A stretch of 64,000 bases of DNA from positions 19,627-83,626 of the forward strand of contig CAZOEZ010000001.1 in assembly GCA_964578995.1 (NCBI GenBank). Reading direction: 5' to 3'. A program made the translations under genes and the position numbers. Below are positions 1-9,479 of the stretch, in pieces (position 1 is the stretch's first letter; the number at the start of each line of letters is the position of its first letter). Source of the DNA: an uncultured archaeon. Lineage in GTDB: Archaea; Thermoplasmatota; Poseidoniia; MGIII; CG-Epi1. The notes below the pieces were generated by a model. The model made no database searches, was not told where the DNA came from, and was given only the letters and a program-made list of their open reading frames with translations.

Positions 1-85
1 ATGGAAAGAGTTGTTCTTGTTAAAACCGAACTTGGTGAAAAAACAATAATTGAAAAATTGAGGTATCTAAGATAAGGAGACAGAA

Positions 86-1132
86 ATGAACGGAATCGTA
101 AGTTATGGGGCATATGTACCCAGTCATAAAATTGAAACTGGAGAAATTGCATCTGTATGGGGTGCTGATGGAAGCGCTTGGGCCAAAAACCTAAATGTTT
201 ACTCGAAATCTGTACCAGGACCTGATGAAGATGTGATAACTATTGCTGTAGAAGCTACAAGGCAAGCAATGAAAAGAGCAAATCTAAATGGAGATCATAT
301 TGGAGCTATATATTCAGGTTCTGAATCTCATCCATATGCTGTGAAACCAACTTCAACAATCGTTGCTGAAGCAATAGGTGCCACACCAAATCTAACTGCA
401 GCAGATTACGAATTTGCGTGTAAAGCAGGCACTGCAGCCATTCAAACATGCCTAGGTATGGTTGGTGATAAACAAATAGAAAACGGAATTGCCATTGGAG
501 TTGACACTTCACAAGGAGCTCCTGGCGACGCCTTAGAATACAGTGCATCGGCAGGTGGTGGTTCTTTTGTCATCGGAAGTAAGAACGTTATTGCAACAAT
601 TAATGACACTACATCTTACACTACAGACACACCCGATTTTTGGAGAAGAGAGGGGCAAAAGTATCCAAGACATGGTGGACGTTTTACAGGTAAGCCTGCA
701 TTCTTCAAACATGTTATTAGTTGTGGAATGATGATGATGGAAAGGGCAGGGACTGAAGCAAAAGACTATGATTATATAGTTACACACCAACCCAATGGGA
801 AATTTCCAATAAGAGCAGCAAAAACCCTAGGATTCACAAATGAGCAATTTGAAACTGGACTACTTACGCCAAGGATAGGTAACACATATTCCGGTGCTGT
901 ATTCTTAGGACTTGCAGCTATACTGGACATTGCAAAACCAGGAGACAGAATCTTAGCTGTGGCTTATGGCTCAGGAGCTGGAAGCGATGGTTTTGATCTT
1001 ACTGTAACTAATAAGATTTCTAAAATGGACCGAAGTGAAACAGTTGAGGATATGATTTCCAGAATGAAAATTGTTAATTATGCAACATATGCAAAATACC
1101 GTGGTAAACTAAACATGGGGGCTACAAAATGA
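86..1132 (+). CDS. hydroxymethylglutaryl-CoA synthase, archaeal type
   Basis: 348 aa. The N-terminus [10 protein letters not shown] and the catalytic-Cys region match the archaeal HMGCS/thiolase superfamily. It is the first gene of the conserved archaeal HMGCS-thiolase-DUF35 operon. A GGAGA Shine-Dalgarno sits 7 nt upstream of the ATG. Confidence 0.88.
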   Translation: MNGIVSYGAYVPSHKIETGEIASVWGADGSAWAKNLNVYSKSVPGPDEDVITIAVEATRQAMKRANLNGDHIGAIYSGSESHPYAVKPTSTIVAEAIGATPNLTAADYEFACKAGTAAIQTCLGMVGDKQIENGIAIGVDTSQGAPGDALEYSASAGGGSFVIGSKNVIATINDTTSYTTDTPDFWRREGQKYPRHGGRFTGKPAFFKHVISCGMMMMERAGTEAKDYDYIVTHQPNGKFPIRAAKTLGFTNEQFETGLLTPRIGNTYSGAVFLGLAAILDIAKPGDRILAVAYGSGAGSDGFDLTVTNKISKMDRSETVEDMISRMKIVNYATYAKYRGKLNMGATK

Positions 1133-2295
1133 GAGAAGTAAGCATAATAGGTATAGGCATTACAAAATTTGGAGAATTATGGGACAAATCTTTACGCCAG
1201 TTAGGGCTAGAAACAGGACTTGCCGCAATAAGCGATGCAGGAATTACGAGTAAAGACATTGACGCCTTGTACATAGGAAACATGGCTGCTGGATCAACAC
1301 TACAACAAGAGCATGTAAGCGCATTAATGGCTGATTATTGCGGTTTAGCAAGTCAGAACGTCCCAGCAACGAGGGTAGAGGCTGCATCGGCCTCTGGTGG
1401 CTTAGCAATTAGACAAGCATACATGGCTATTGCTGGAGGTTTCATCGATATTGCAGTCGTAGGTGGTGCTGAAAAAATGACTGACGTCAGCGATTCAGAA
1501 TCATCATATACTGTGAGCATGGGTTCAGATGAACAATGGGAATCTAAAGCAGGAGCAACATTTGCTTCCTTGCATGCAATGATGACTCAAAGTCACATGC
1601 AACAATATGGAACTACAAGAGAAGAAATGTCCGCTGTATCTGCAAAGAACCATTACCATGCCTCTATGAATCCGATGGCTCAGTTTCCATTTGCAATCAG
1701 CTCAGAGGCCGTATCTAATTCGGGACTTGTATCAAGTCCACTAAGAATGTTAGATTGCGCACCAAACAGTGACGGTGCGGCAGCCGTTGTCCTTTGTGCT
1801 ACAGAAAAAGCAAAAAAATATGGAAAAAAATCTATTCGAATCATAGGCTCAGGTCAAGCATCAGATACTTTGAGCTTACACCATCGAAAACATCTAAACC
1901 AAATGCCTGCGATTAGAGTGGCTGCAAAAAGAGCATTCAAAAGCTGTGGTAAAAAGGCAAAAGATATTGACCTTATTGAGGTCCATGATAATTTTACAAT
2001 CTCAGAAATTATAGCTTTAGAAGAAATAGGTATTTTCAGAAGAGGAAAAGCTGCAGCTAAAATACTAGAAGGTGAGACGAAACTAGGAGGAAAAATACCT
2101 ACAAACACGAGCGGTGGGCTAAAGGCCCGTGGACATGCGCCGGGCGCTACAGGAATAGCACAAGTAGTTGAAGTCGTACAGCAATTAAGAGGTGAAGCTG
2201 GTGACAGACAAGTTAAAGATGCAAAAATAGGTATGGTAGAAAATCATGGCGGTACTGCTGCTACGGCAGTCATACATATATTGGAAGGTGAATAA
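1129..2295 (+). CDS. acetyl-CoA C-acetyltransferase (acetoacetyl-CoA thiolase)
   Basis: 388 aa thiolase fold, with a C-terminal GHAPGATG motif. It overlaps the HMGCS stop by 4 nt (ATGA), which indicates translational coupling. Confidence 0.88.
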   Translation: MREVSIIGIGITKFGELWDKSLRQLGLETGLAAISDAGITSKDIDALYIGNMAAGSTLQQEHVSALMADYCGLASQNVPATRVEAASASGGLAIRQAYMAIAGGFIDIAVVGGAEKMTDVSDSESSYTVSMGSDEQWESKAGATFASLHAMMTQSHMQQYGTTREEMSAVSAKNHYHASMNPMAQFPFAISSEAVSNSGLVSSPLRMLDCAPNSDGAAAVVLCATEKAKKYGKKSIRIIGSGQASDTLSLHHRKHLNQMPAIRVAAKRAFKSCGKKAKDIDLIEVHDNFTISEIIALEEIGIFRRGKAAAKILEGETKLGGKIPTNTSGGLKARGHAPGATGIAQVVEVVQQLRGEAGDRQVKDAKIGMVENHGGTAATAVIHILEGE

Positions 2296-2744
2296 TGTCG
2301 GTACCTCGATTTTGGAGAGAACTGGATACCCGGTACAATCTGATAGGGTCATACTGTAAAATAACAAAAACATACCACTATCCAAGAAGAAGCTTCAACC
2401 CAGAGGCTGGAAGAGAATCTATAGGTGGCATGGAGGATTATCAATTCAAAGGCACAGGTGAGATAGTTACTTCAACCGTTGTATACCAAGCCCAAACAGG
2501 CTATGAAATGTTTGGACCCTATTGTATGGCTATAGTAAAATTAGATGAGGGGCCAATGATGACGACACAAATCGTAGATTGTGATCCGAATATAGTCAAA
2601 CCCGGTATGAAAGTCAAATCTGTTTTTAGAAAACTAGGAGAAGATAGTGAAAGTGGAATATTGCACTATGGAACCAAATTTATTCTAAGTGAAGAAATAG
2701 AAATAGAAGAAGATAATGAAAATCTTCCTGATATAGAAGTTTGA
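2295..2744 (+). CDS. DUF35 OB-fold protein, scaffold partner of the thiolase/HMGCS complex
   Basis: 149 aa with the DUF35 C-terminal OB-fold pattern (YCMAIVKLDEGPMMTTQIVD...KPGMKVKSVFRK). It overlaps the thiolase stop by 1 nt. The N-terminal Zn-ribbon cysteines appear to be largely missing. Confidence 0.75.
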   Translation: MSVPRFWRELDTRYNLIGSYCKITKTYHYPRRSFNPEAGRESIGGMEDYQFKGTGEIVTSTVVYQAQTGYEMFGPYCMAIVKLDEGPMMTTQIVDCDPNIVKPGMKVKSVFRKLGEDSESGILHYGTKFILSEEIEIEEDNENLPDIEV

Positions 2745-2790
2745 GTGTTCGAAACTTATATATCTGTAGCCAATAAGTCCAATTCTATAA

Positions 2791-4743
2791 ATGGTTAAAA
2801 AAACCAAAAAATTGGCAGACCCACGAATATGGGTCAAAGATTTAGATATCGAATCAACTGAGGATATTGCAGTCCCGAAAATGCTGATCGATCAGGTTAT
2901 TGGCCAAGAACAAGGAGTTGAAATTGTACGTAAGGCCGCAGAACAAAGAAGACATGTAATGCTTATTGGAGATCCTGGAACTGGAAAATCCATGCTAGCT
3001 CAGTCGATCTCTGAACTCCTACCTAAAGAAGAATTACAAGATGTACTAGTTTATCATAATCATGAAGATAATAATGAACCAAGAGTTAGAATTGTGCCCT
3101 CTGGAAAGGGAAAAGAAATTGTCCAAGTTCAGAAAGCTCAGGCAATGATAGAAAAAGAGAAGAAAGCAAAATCCCAAATGCTTATCGTATTCGCAATAAT
3201 TGGTTTTGGAGTTCTATGGTTCATAACTGCTGGATTTAATCCCATGTATATTTTCTACAGTCTAATTGCCGCAGCTTTTGTTTTTATGGCTATGAGATAT
3301 ACAAACCAAAGAAATGAAACTGCAAATATTCCTAAGGGTTTGGTACTGCATGAAAAAGAAATGCATGCACCATTTATTGACGCGACAGGAACACATGCAG
3401 GTGCATTATTAGGCGATGTTAGACACGATCCCTTTCAATCTGGAGGACTTGAAACTCCAGCTCATGACCGTGTTGAAGCAGGAGCAATACACAAAGCTCA
3501 CAAAGGCGTTCTGTACATAGATGAAATCAATTTACTCAGAATTGAATCACAACAATCACTCCTAACTGCGATTCAAGAAGGAGAATTCTCTATCTCAGGT
3601 CAATCAGAAAGGTCTGCAGGCGCAATGACAAAGACTGAACCCGTACCTTGTAATTTCGTACTTGTAGCTGCTGGGAATCTAGATGCAATTAAAGGAATGC
3701 ATCCAGCACTGAGAAGTAGAATCCGAGGTTATGGATATGAAGTTTACATGAACTCGACTATCCCTGATTCCCAAGAAAATAGGGAAAAATTAGTCAGGTT
3801 TATTGCCCAAGAAGTTGCTAAAGATGAAAAAATTGGACATTTTTCTAAAGAAGCAATTGGAGAAATAATACATGAAGCACAACGCAGAGCTGGGAGACAA
3901 ATGCATCTTAGCTTAAGGCTTAGAGAACTAGGAGGTTTAGTCAGAGTTGCTGGTGATATTGCAATGGAATTAGGTGACGATACCATTACTGCAGAACACG
4001 TTGTTAAAGCTAAAAGAATTGCAAAACCACTAGAACAACAGATTGCAGATCGTTATGTTGAACGCAGAAAAGACTACAAAACATATTCCATTGAAGGAGC
4101 TGAAATTGGAATGGTTAATGGACTAGCTGTAATGGGAGCAAATTCAGGAATGTCTGAAATGGCAGGTATTATGATGCCCATTGTTGCAGAAGTAACGCCA
4201 GCACAATCAAAAGATAGGGGGAAAGTTGTTGCTACTGGAAAACTAGGTGAAATTGCCAAAGAGGCTGTAGAAAATGTATCTGCTCTAATAAAAAAATATA
4301 CTGGCGAGGATATTTCAAAATATGATATACATGTCCAATTTGTAGGTGCTTATGAGGGTGTTGAAGGTGATTCGGCATCGGTATCTATTGCCACTGCTGT
4401 AATCTCAGCTTTAGAGAATGCAGAGGTTGACCAAACAATGGCTCTAACGGGATCACTAAGCGTAAGAGGTCAAGTACTACCTGTAGGTGGTGTTACTGCA
4501 AAGATAGAAGCTGCCGCTGAATCTGGTGTTACAAAGGTACTTATCCCTGCTATGAATATGCAAGATGTTCTCTTGGAATCAAAGTACAAGACCATGGTAA
4601 AAGTCATACCAGTTGCTACTCTAAAAGATGTTTTAGACAACATCTTGGTAGCTGGACCTAGAAAAGAAGGACTTTTGAAAAATCTAACTAAATTCCTGCC
4701 GGGGTCAAATATAACTGGCAACACTATTAACACTCCAGCCTAG
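2791..4743 (+). CDS. lonB: archaeal membrane-bound Lon protease LonB
   Basis: 650 aa. Walker A GDPGTGKS. Two TM helices are inserted in the AAA module ([31 protein letters not shown]). The Ser-Lys dyad is present ([18 protein letters not shown]). Confidence 0.9.
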   Translation: MVKKTKKLADPRIWVKDLDIESTEDIAVPKMLIDQVIGQEQGVEIVRKAAEQRRHVMLIGDPGTGKSMLAQSISELLPKEELQDVLVYHNHEDNNEPRVRIVPSGKGKEIVQVQKAQAMIEKEKKAKSQMLIVFAIIGFGVLWFITAGFNPMYIFYSLIAAAFVFMAMRYTNQRNETANIPKGLVLHEKEMHAPFIDATGTHAGALLGDVRHDPFQSGGLETPAHDRVEAGAIHKAHKGVLYIDEINLLRIESQQSLLTAIQEGEFSISGQSERSAGAMTKTEPVPCNFVLVAAGNLDAIKGMHPALRSRIRGYGYEVYMNSTIPDSQENREKLVRFIAQEVAKDEKIGHFSKEAIGEIIHEAQRRAGRQMHLSLRLRELGGLVRVAGDIAMELGDDTITAEHVVKAKRIAKPLEQQIADRYVERRKDYKTYSIEGAEIGMVNGLAVMGANSGMSEMAGIMMPIVAEVTPAQSKDRGKVVATGKLGEIAKEAVENVSALIKKYTGEDISKYDIHVQFVGAYEGVEGDSASVSIATAVISALENAEVDQTMALTGSLSVRGQVLPVGGVTAKIEAAAESGVTKVLIPAMNMQDVLLESKYKTMVKVIPVATLKDVLDNILVAGPRKEGLLKNLTKFLPGSNITGNTINTPA

Positions 4744-5555
4744 TATAATCTGACCTGTCCAAACTCATTTAATTTTTCAACTAAAGCGTCCATATCCTCT
4801 GATGTAGCCACAATAGATGTTCCTAAATGTGCAACAGACGAAACCGAACCAATTGGCATTTCATCAAGAATTTGTGATATATTGTCATTAACTAATCCTG
4901 ATTTTTCTGTAAAAAGGCGCCCTATTTTTATTGAAGATCTTATATTTGGTTCAGCAATCTGAATACCTAATGCTGCGGAATTAATAATCTCAATCCACTT
5001 TTCATCAGCAATAATCTTTGATGTATCACGACCTATTCCTGAAATGCAAACTGCAAATTTTTCACCAATAGAGAAAGATTGAGTTTCTCCCTTATACCCA
5101 GGAGTTTGTCTCACAACTATTGAGGGAAAAACACCAGTTCTTATTGATTCAGCTATAGCAACAACGTCTCCTAAACCTGTTCTGAATTCAACCTCAGCCT
5201 GATGAGAGGCCTTTACACATAAGTCAAGGTTCTTCTCTAATTCCATACATGCCGCTAGAGCTGAAGCACCAGAAATACCAAAACCTGAACCTAAAGGTAA
5301 ATCATGTCTAAGATAAACTGTTAGACCCTCGTCCTTAAAGCCAAGTAATTCTAACGCTCGTAGGGTAACTGAATCCTCCACTGAACTTCCACCCTTAACA
5401 ACTACATTATGTTTAATCTCAGATTGCTCCCTTACGACCGCACAGTGTACTCCCTGTGGTAAAACTATACCTACACCCGTAGAACCCATGGTCAACAAAT
5501 CTGAATCTGGCCAAATTGCAAAAGTTAAACTTATATGTCCCGGAGCAAAACTCAT
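4740..5555 (-). CDS. GHMP-family kinase, possibly pantoate kinase or an archaeal small-molecule kinase
   Basis: 271 aa with the GHMP motif [15 protein letters not shown] and a GTGLGD-like motif (RTGLGDVVA). The substrate cannot be assigned from sequence alone. Confidence 0.55.
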   Translation of the reverse strand: MSFAPGHISLTFAIWPDSDLLTMGSTGVGIVLPQGVHCAVVREQSEIKHNVVVKGGSSVEDSVTLRALELLGFKDEGLTVYLRHDLPLGSGFGISGASALAACMELEKNLDLCVKASHQAEVEFRTGLGDVVAIAESIRTGVFPSIVVRQTPGYKGETQSFSIGEKFAVCISGIGRDTSKIIADEKWIEIINSAALGIQIAEPNIRSSIKIGRLFTEKSGLVNDNISQILDEMPIGSVSSVAHLGTSIVATSEDMDALVEKLNEFGQVRLY

Positions 5556-6721
5556 AGTAATCCTTTATACAATTCTACTGTCTTTTCTATAGTTTTAGAC
5601 CAAGTTCTTTCTGTCGACGCATATTTAAAGGCAGAATCGGATAATTCGCCTAAAAGTTTTTCATTATTAATAATTTTTGAAATTGCGTCAGCCATTTGAC
5701 CAGATCTTACAAGTAAAGCATGGCCTTGAGTTGCTTCCTCAACAGAGGGTAAAAGTGTAGCAACAACAGGAAGCTTGCAGCCCATATACTCATAGATTTT
5801 CAAAGGTGAAAAACCATAATCTACATTAGGGTAAGGGGCTAAACCTATATCTGCTTCAACCAAAAGACTAGGAACCTCATGCCTCTCCAAGCGACCAATG
5901 TGATGTAAATTTCTCAATTTAGGAAGATTATAGCCATAACCTCCACCCGCAACAATGACATTTATGTTTGGATTAACTTTAGCAATCTCTACTAATTCCT
6001 CTGTACCGTGCCAAGGACCTAAAGCCCCTACAAAAACAACCATCTTACCAGATAAACCTAACTTATCTTTAATCCCCAAAGGTTTAGTTTTAAGATTGAA
6101 TAAATCATCCTCATATCCATTCTGTATTACTGAAAAGTTCCTAGCTTTAGGATTCCATTCAGATATTTGATCTCTAAGTATCGAACTAACTGTAAACCCT
6201 CCATCAGCCAATTCTATTTGATTACGGCAGGAACGTATTGCCTTTTCATGATAAGGCCATAATTTTGCAACCTTAGTAGCTGATAATTCAGATCTCATCC
6301 AATTATCATCAACCTGAAGAACTGACTTGATACCTAATTCCGAAGCTGCTTGGACACCAGAACCCGCAAAAATATAACCTCTATCATGAACTATGTCAAA
6401 TTCATTAGCTTCTATTTGTTCAACCACCTTTTGATATGCATGTTTTGTAAATATTATCCTTTCAAATGGAATCCCAGGATTAACTATAGAAACAAAACTC
6501 AAATTAGAACTGAAATCTGAGAGGTTAATCGCTTTTTCATCGCACCTACAAAGTAATGTTACTTCTATACCTTCTTTAGCAAGCCCATTGGCTAAGGCTA
6601 ACTGATGAAGTGTCTGCCCTAAGGTGTCTGGAACCCTCACAGAGGGTGCTACCATCAAAACTTTCACAGATATATAGGAATGAACAGGTTTTAGAACTGT
6701 CGCCATAGGCCATTGTGGCAA
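5552..6721 (-). CDS. glycosyltransferase family 4 (GT-B)
   Basis: 389 aa with the GT4 C-terminal pattern (KIYEYMGCKLPVVAT, E-x7-E region). The start is more likely the ATG at 6706 (MATVLK). Confidence 0.7.
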   Translation of the reverse strand: MPQWPMATVLKPVHSYISVKVLMVAPSVRVPDTLGQTLHQLALANGLAKEGIEVTLLCRCDEKAINLSDFSSNLSFVSIVNPGIPFERIIFTKHAYQKVVEQIEANEFDIVHDRGYIFAGSGVQAASELGIKSVLQVDDNWMRSELSATKVAKLWPYHEKAIRSCRNQIELADGGFTVSSILRDQISEWNPKARNFSVIQNGYEDDLFNLKTKPLGIKDKLGLSGKMVVFVGALGPWHGTEELVEIAKVNPNINVIVAGGGYGYNLPKLRNLHHIGRLERHEVPSLLVEADIGLAPYPNVDYGFSPLKIYEYMGCKLPVVATLLPSVEEATQGHALLVRSGQMADAISKIINNEKLLGELSDSAFKYASTERTWSKTIEKTVELYKGLL

Positions 6722-7806
6722 ATATAGCTGTAATTTGTGACCGCGAATTCTTTAAGCCGTTTGACCAAAGAGTCTACAAAGAAGTTTGTACCATGAAAAA
6801 AGCAGGCCATAATATTGAGATTATCACACCTCATACATCGACCAAGGAAACAGATTTTGAAGGTATTAAAGTACACTGTGTGGGCACGAATAGCATTATT
6901 GGTTCTGTAGCTCTTAAATTAATAAATAAAGCCTTGAAAAAAGACTACGATCTATTTTATTGTCATGAACTAGACCCTCTGATTTACAGCATTCTTTTAA
7001 AAGGACTAACAAAAAAACCTGTAGTCTGGGACTGTCACGAATATTTAGTCCCAATGAAACTTGAATTGCAAGGAAAAATAGCATCGAAGATTACAGAATT
7101 AGCAATTTCTATTTGCGCACCCAGAGTCAATCATATCATAACTGTCGATAACAGATTAGCTAGGTCACTTGCAAATTTTGGAAAGGTGACTGTTATTCCC
7201 AATTATCCTAGCATATCTAATTTTGATATAACCTTAGATAAGGAACAAAACGAAATTGTTGCCCTCTATGTGGGAAGTTTAACTGAAAAAAGAGGAATTA
7301 AGATTCTTCTAAAGAGTATTAAAAAAGTTAGAGAAAAAAGAGACCTAAAACTCAGAATTGCAGGGGATTTCTATGATAATGAACTAAAGGCTTGGGCTAA
7401 GTCGTATGATAAAGAAAATAATTTAGATATTGATTGGTTGGGTTGGGTTGATTATAGAGAATTAGCACCAGTCATAAGAGACGCCGACTTTGGACTTTTT
7501 GTGAACCAGCCAGGACCTAGATATCTGAAAGGACTCCCAACTAAAATATTTGAGTATATGATTATGGGACTACCTGTAGTATCTGCAACAGGACCACTTC
7601 TAAAGGCACTAATTGAAAAACACGAGATTGGATTGACTGTAGATTCAACCAACATAGATTCCGTTGCAAAAGGAATGGAAAAAATGGCCAAACGAACTGA
7701 TCTCAATGAAATGGGAAAACGGGGAAACCAAGTCGTAAAGGAATCATATTGCTGGGAGGCAAAAGAAATTAAATTGTTGAAAATTATAGAAAAACTGACT
7801 AATTGA
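6715..7806 (+). CDS. glycosyltransferase family 4 (GT-B)
   Basis: 363 aa with GT4 motifs (LYVGSLTEKRGIKILL, KIFEYMIMGLPVVSA). The track start is a GTG. It is divergent from the upstream GT4 with almost no spacer. Confidence 0.65.
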   Translation: MANIAVICDREFFKPFDQRVYKEVCTMKKAGHNIEIITPHTSTKETDFEGIKVHCVGTNSIIGSVALKLINKALKKDYDLFYCHELDPLIYSILLKGLTKKPVVWDCHEYLVPMKLELQGKIASKITELAISICAPRVNHIITVDNRLARSLANFGKVTVIPNYPSISNFDITLDKEQNEIVALYVGSLTEKRGIKILLKSIKKVREKRDLKLRIAGDFYDNELKAWAKSYDKENNLDIDWLGWVDYRELAPVIRDADFGLFVNQPGPRYLKGLPTKIFEYMIMGLPVVSATGPLLKALIEKHEIGLTVDSTNIDSVAKGMEKMAKRTDLNEMGKRGNQVVKESYCWEAKEIKLLKIIEKLTN

Positions 7807-9346
7807 GTTCACCGCGAACAAACATAATGTAGCGTTGTTCTTCATTCTCTTCAAAAGGATGTTGACCTATATTTCTTTGGTAAGCTACACCCATCCATGA
7901 ACCGTCTGGCGAAATAACTGTCTCAAAGAAATCATGCAGTGCATGAACATCACTATTTACTTCTTCATAATTTGTAACTGTGTGCAAAGGTGTTGAATCT
8001 GCTATCTCAAATTCCCAAGTGTCATTTAATTGTGGATTGTCTAAATATGCAGAATAAAGATACCAAGGTGTTCCTTCAGTATAGCCTGTGGAATTACCCG
8101 TTGCATAATCTAAACCATAGAAAGAAACAGCTATGCGATTTGTTTCACTTATAGACACAAAAGGATACATGGTTATTCCATCCCAATCAGGGGTTATTTC
8201 CCAAGTTGACCAATTAACTCCATAATCATAGGACAAAGCTATATTCATCTCCCATGCACCTACTTTCCCATCAGGGCAGTCCGCCCATACTACTGCAACG
8301 GTACCTTGTTCATTGGTATTGACCAAAGGATAACCTTCTGGTGGATTACCTTTTCTCTCACCAACGACTACAGGATCTTGCCAACTACCGTCTGATGGGC
8401 CTGGACCTGTACCCCTACCATAGTCATCACTTATCCTTACTATGACTGTGCCTGAAGTAGTATCTGCATTTTCTTGAGCCACATAAACATAGGAACCATT
8501 ACGTTGTGCTGCAATAGTAGACCAGCCTCCCGGCATAGAGTAACATTGCGAAAATGTAGTTCCACCATTTTCTGAATGATAATACCAATAACGCCCTGAA
8601 TCTATAGTACATTCTGGTGGAGGGGCTCCTGAATTACCCAAATAGTGAATTATGCCATCACCCTGTGCTGCTAACCATGGCCTATCATCTGCAGCCATGG
8701 AATTCATGCGTTGACAGACTCCCAGTTCATAGGAATTACCACCATCTGAAAATATATGCCACCAATTGTCTTCTAAAGTAGTATCTAAATAGTATATCAT
8801 GTCGTTAGAATCTACAGAAATATCACCTTCATCTCCTAAACATTCTGAACCACCAGCTGCATAATTAGCCATCAACATATTTCCAGGAGTTGGGTCAAAT
8901 TTATCTCCATGATCCCAAGTAAGGCCACCATCATTTGTTTTCCAAAACCATGAAGCCCAATAATCCCAGGATGTACTCTCACCATCTGTACAAGCATACC
9001 ACAATCCTGGATCATCCGGGTCAAGGAAAATAGGAATAGGTGCATCTTCACCACCCCACCTCAGATCCTTATGTGCTGTAACAAACATATTCCCTTTAGA
9101 ATCAAGTGAAAGACTAGGCTCATACCCAATACCGTATTCAGGATGTTCCTGCCCATTATTCTCATCAATGCATTCTTCATGTCTAGGCATGAAGACTGGT
9201 TCAAGCCATTCAATTCCTTTATTAGATTTTATTATGTCATTAATTTTCTGATCTATACCCTCATCAAACAATATGATAATCCCAGAAGCGGTTAGCATAG
9301 TAACGACAAAAGCAGCAAAAAATTTCTCTTTACCATAAACAAACAT
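7799..9346 (-). CDS. secreted BNR/Asp-box repeat beta-propeller protein (sialidase-like fold)
   Basis: 515 aa with an N-terminal hydrophobic anchor or signal sequence. It has three Asp-box motifs (TNDGGLTW, SENGGTTF, SYDYGVNW). It is rich in W/G/D. Confidence 0.55.
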   Translation of the reverse strand: MFVYGKEKFFAAFVVTMLTASGIIILFDEGIDQKINDIIKSNKGIEWLEPVFMPRHEECIDENNGQEHPEYGIGYEPSLSLDSKGNMFVTAHKDLRWGGEDAPIPIFLDPDDPGLWYACTDGESTSWDYWASWFWKTNDGGLTWDHGDKFDPTPGNMLMANYAAGGSECLGDEGDISVDSNDMIYYLDTTLEDNWWHIFSDGGNSYELGVCQRMNSMAADDRPWLAAQGDGIIHYLGNSGAPPPECTIDSGRYWYYHSENGGTTFSQCYSMPGGWSTIAAQRNGSYVYVAQENADTTSGTVIVRISDDYGRGTGPGPSDGSWQDPVVVGERKGNPPEGYPLVNTNEQGTVAVVWADCPDGKVGAWEMNIALSYDYGVNWSTWEITPDWDGITMYPFVSISETNRIAVSFYGLDYATGNSTGYTEGTPWYLYSAYLDNPQLNDTWEFEIADSTPLHTVTNYEEVNSDVHALHDFFETVISPDGSWMGVAYQRNIGQHPFEENEEQRYIMFVRGELN

Positions 9347-9479
9347 ATTATTATTTGTAATCTGGAGGGATATATAGAATAGTATGGATGCTAATATTTT
9401 ATAGTCGCGGAAAACTATACTAACTCCAGCATAATAGGAGAGGTCCTAATCTGCTAAGATTAAAAAAGCAAGGTGTGAA

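Noticed and set aside
1-75. 24-codon ORF at the very start of the window ([24 protein letters not shown])
   Set aside because: It is probably just the 3' end of an upstream gene whose body lies outside the window. I cannot assess it.
2791-4743. Checked LonB and PriS for inteins, given their length
   Set aside because: Both are collinear with intein-free homologs. The extra length in LonB is the usual membrane-insertion loop.
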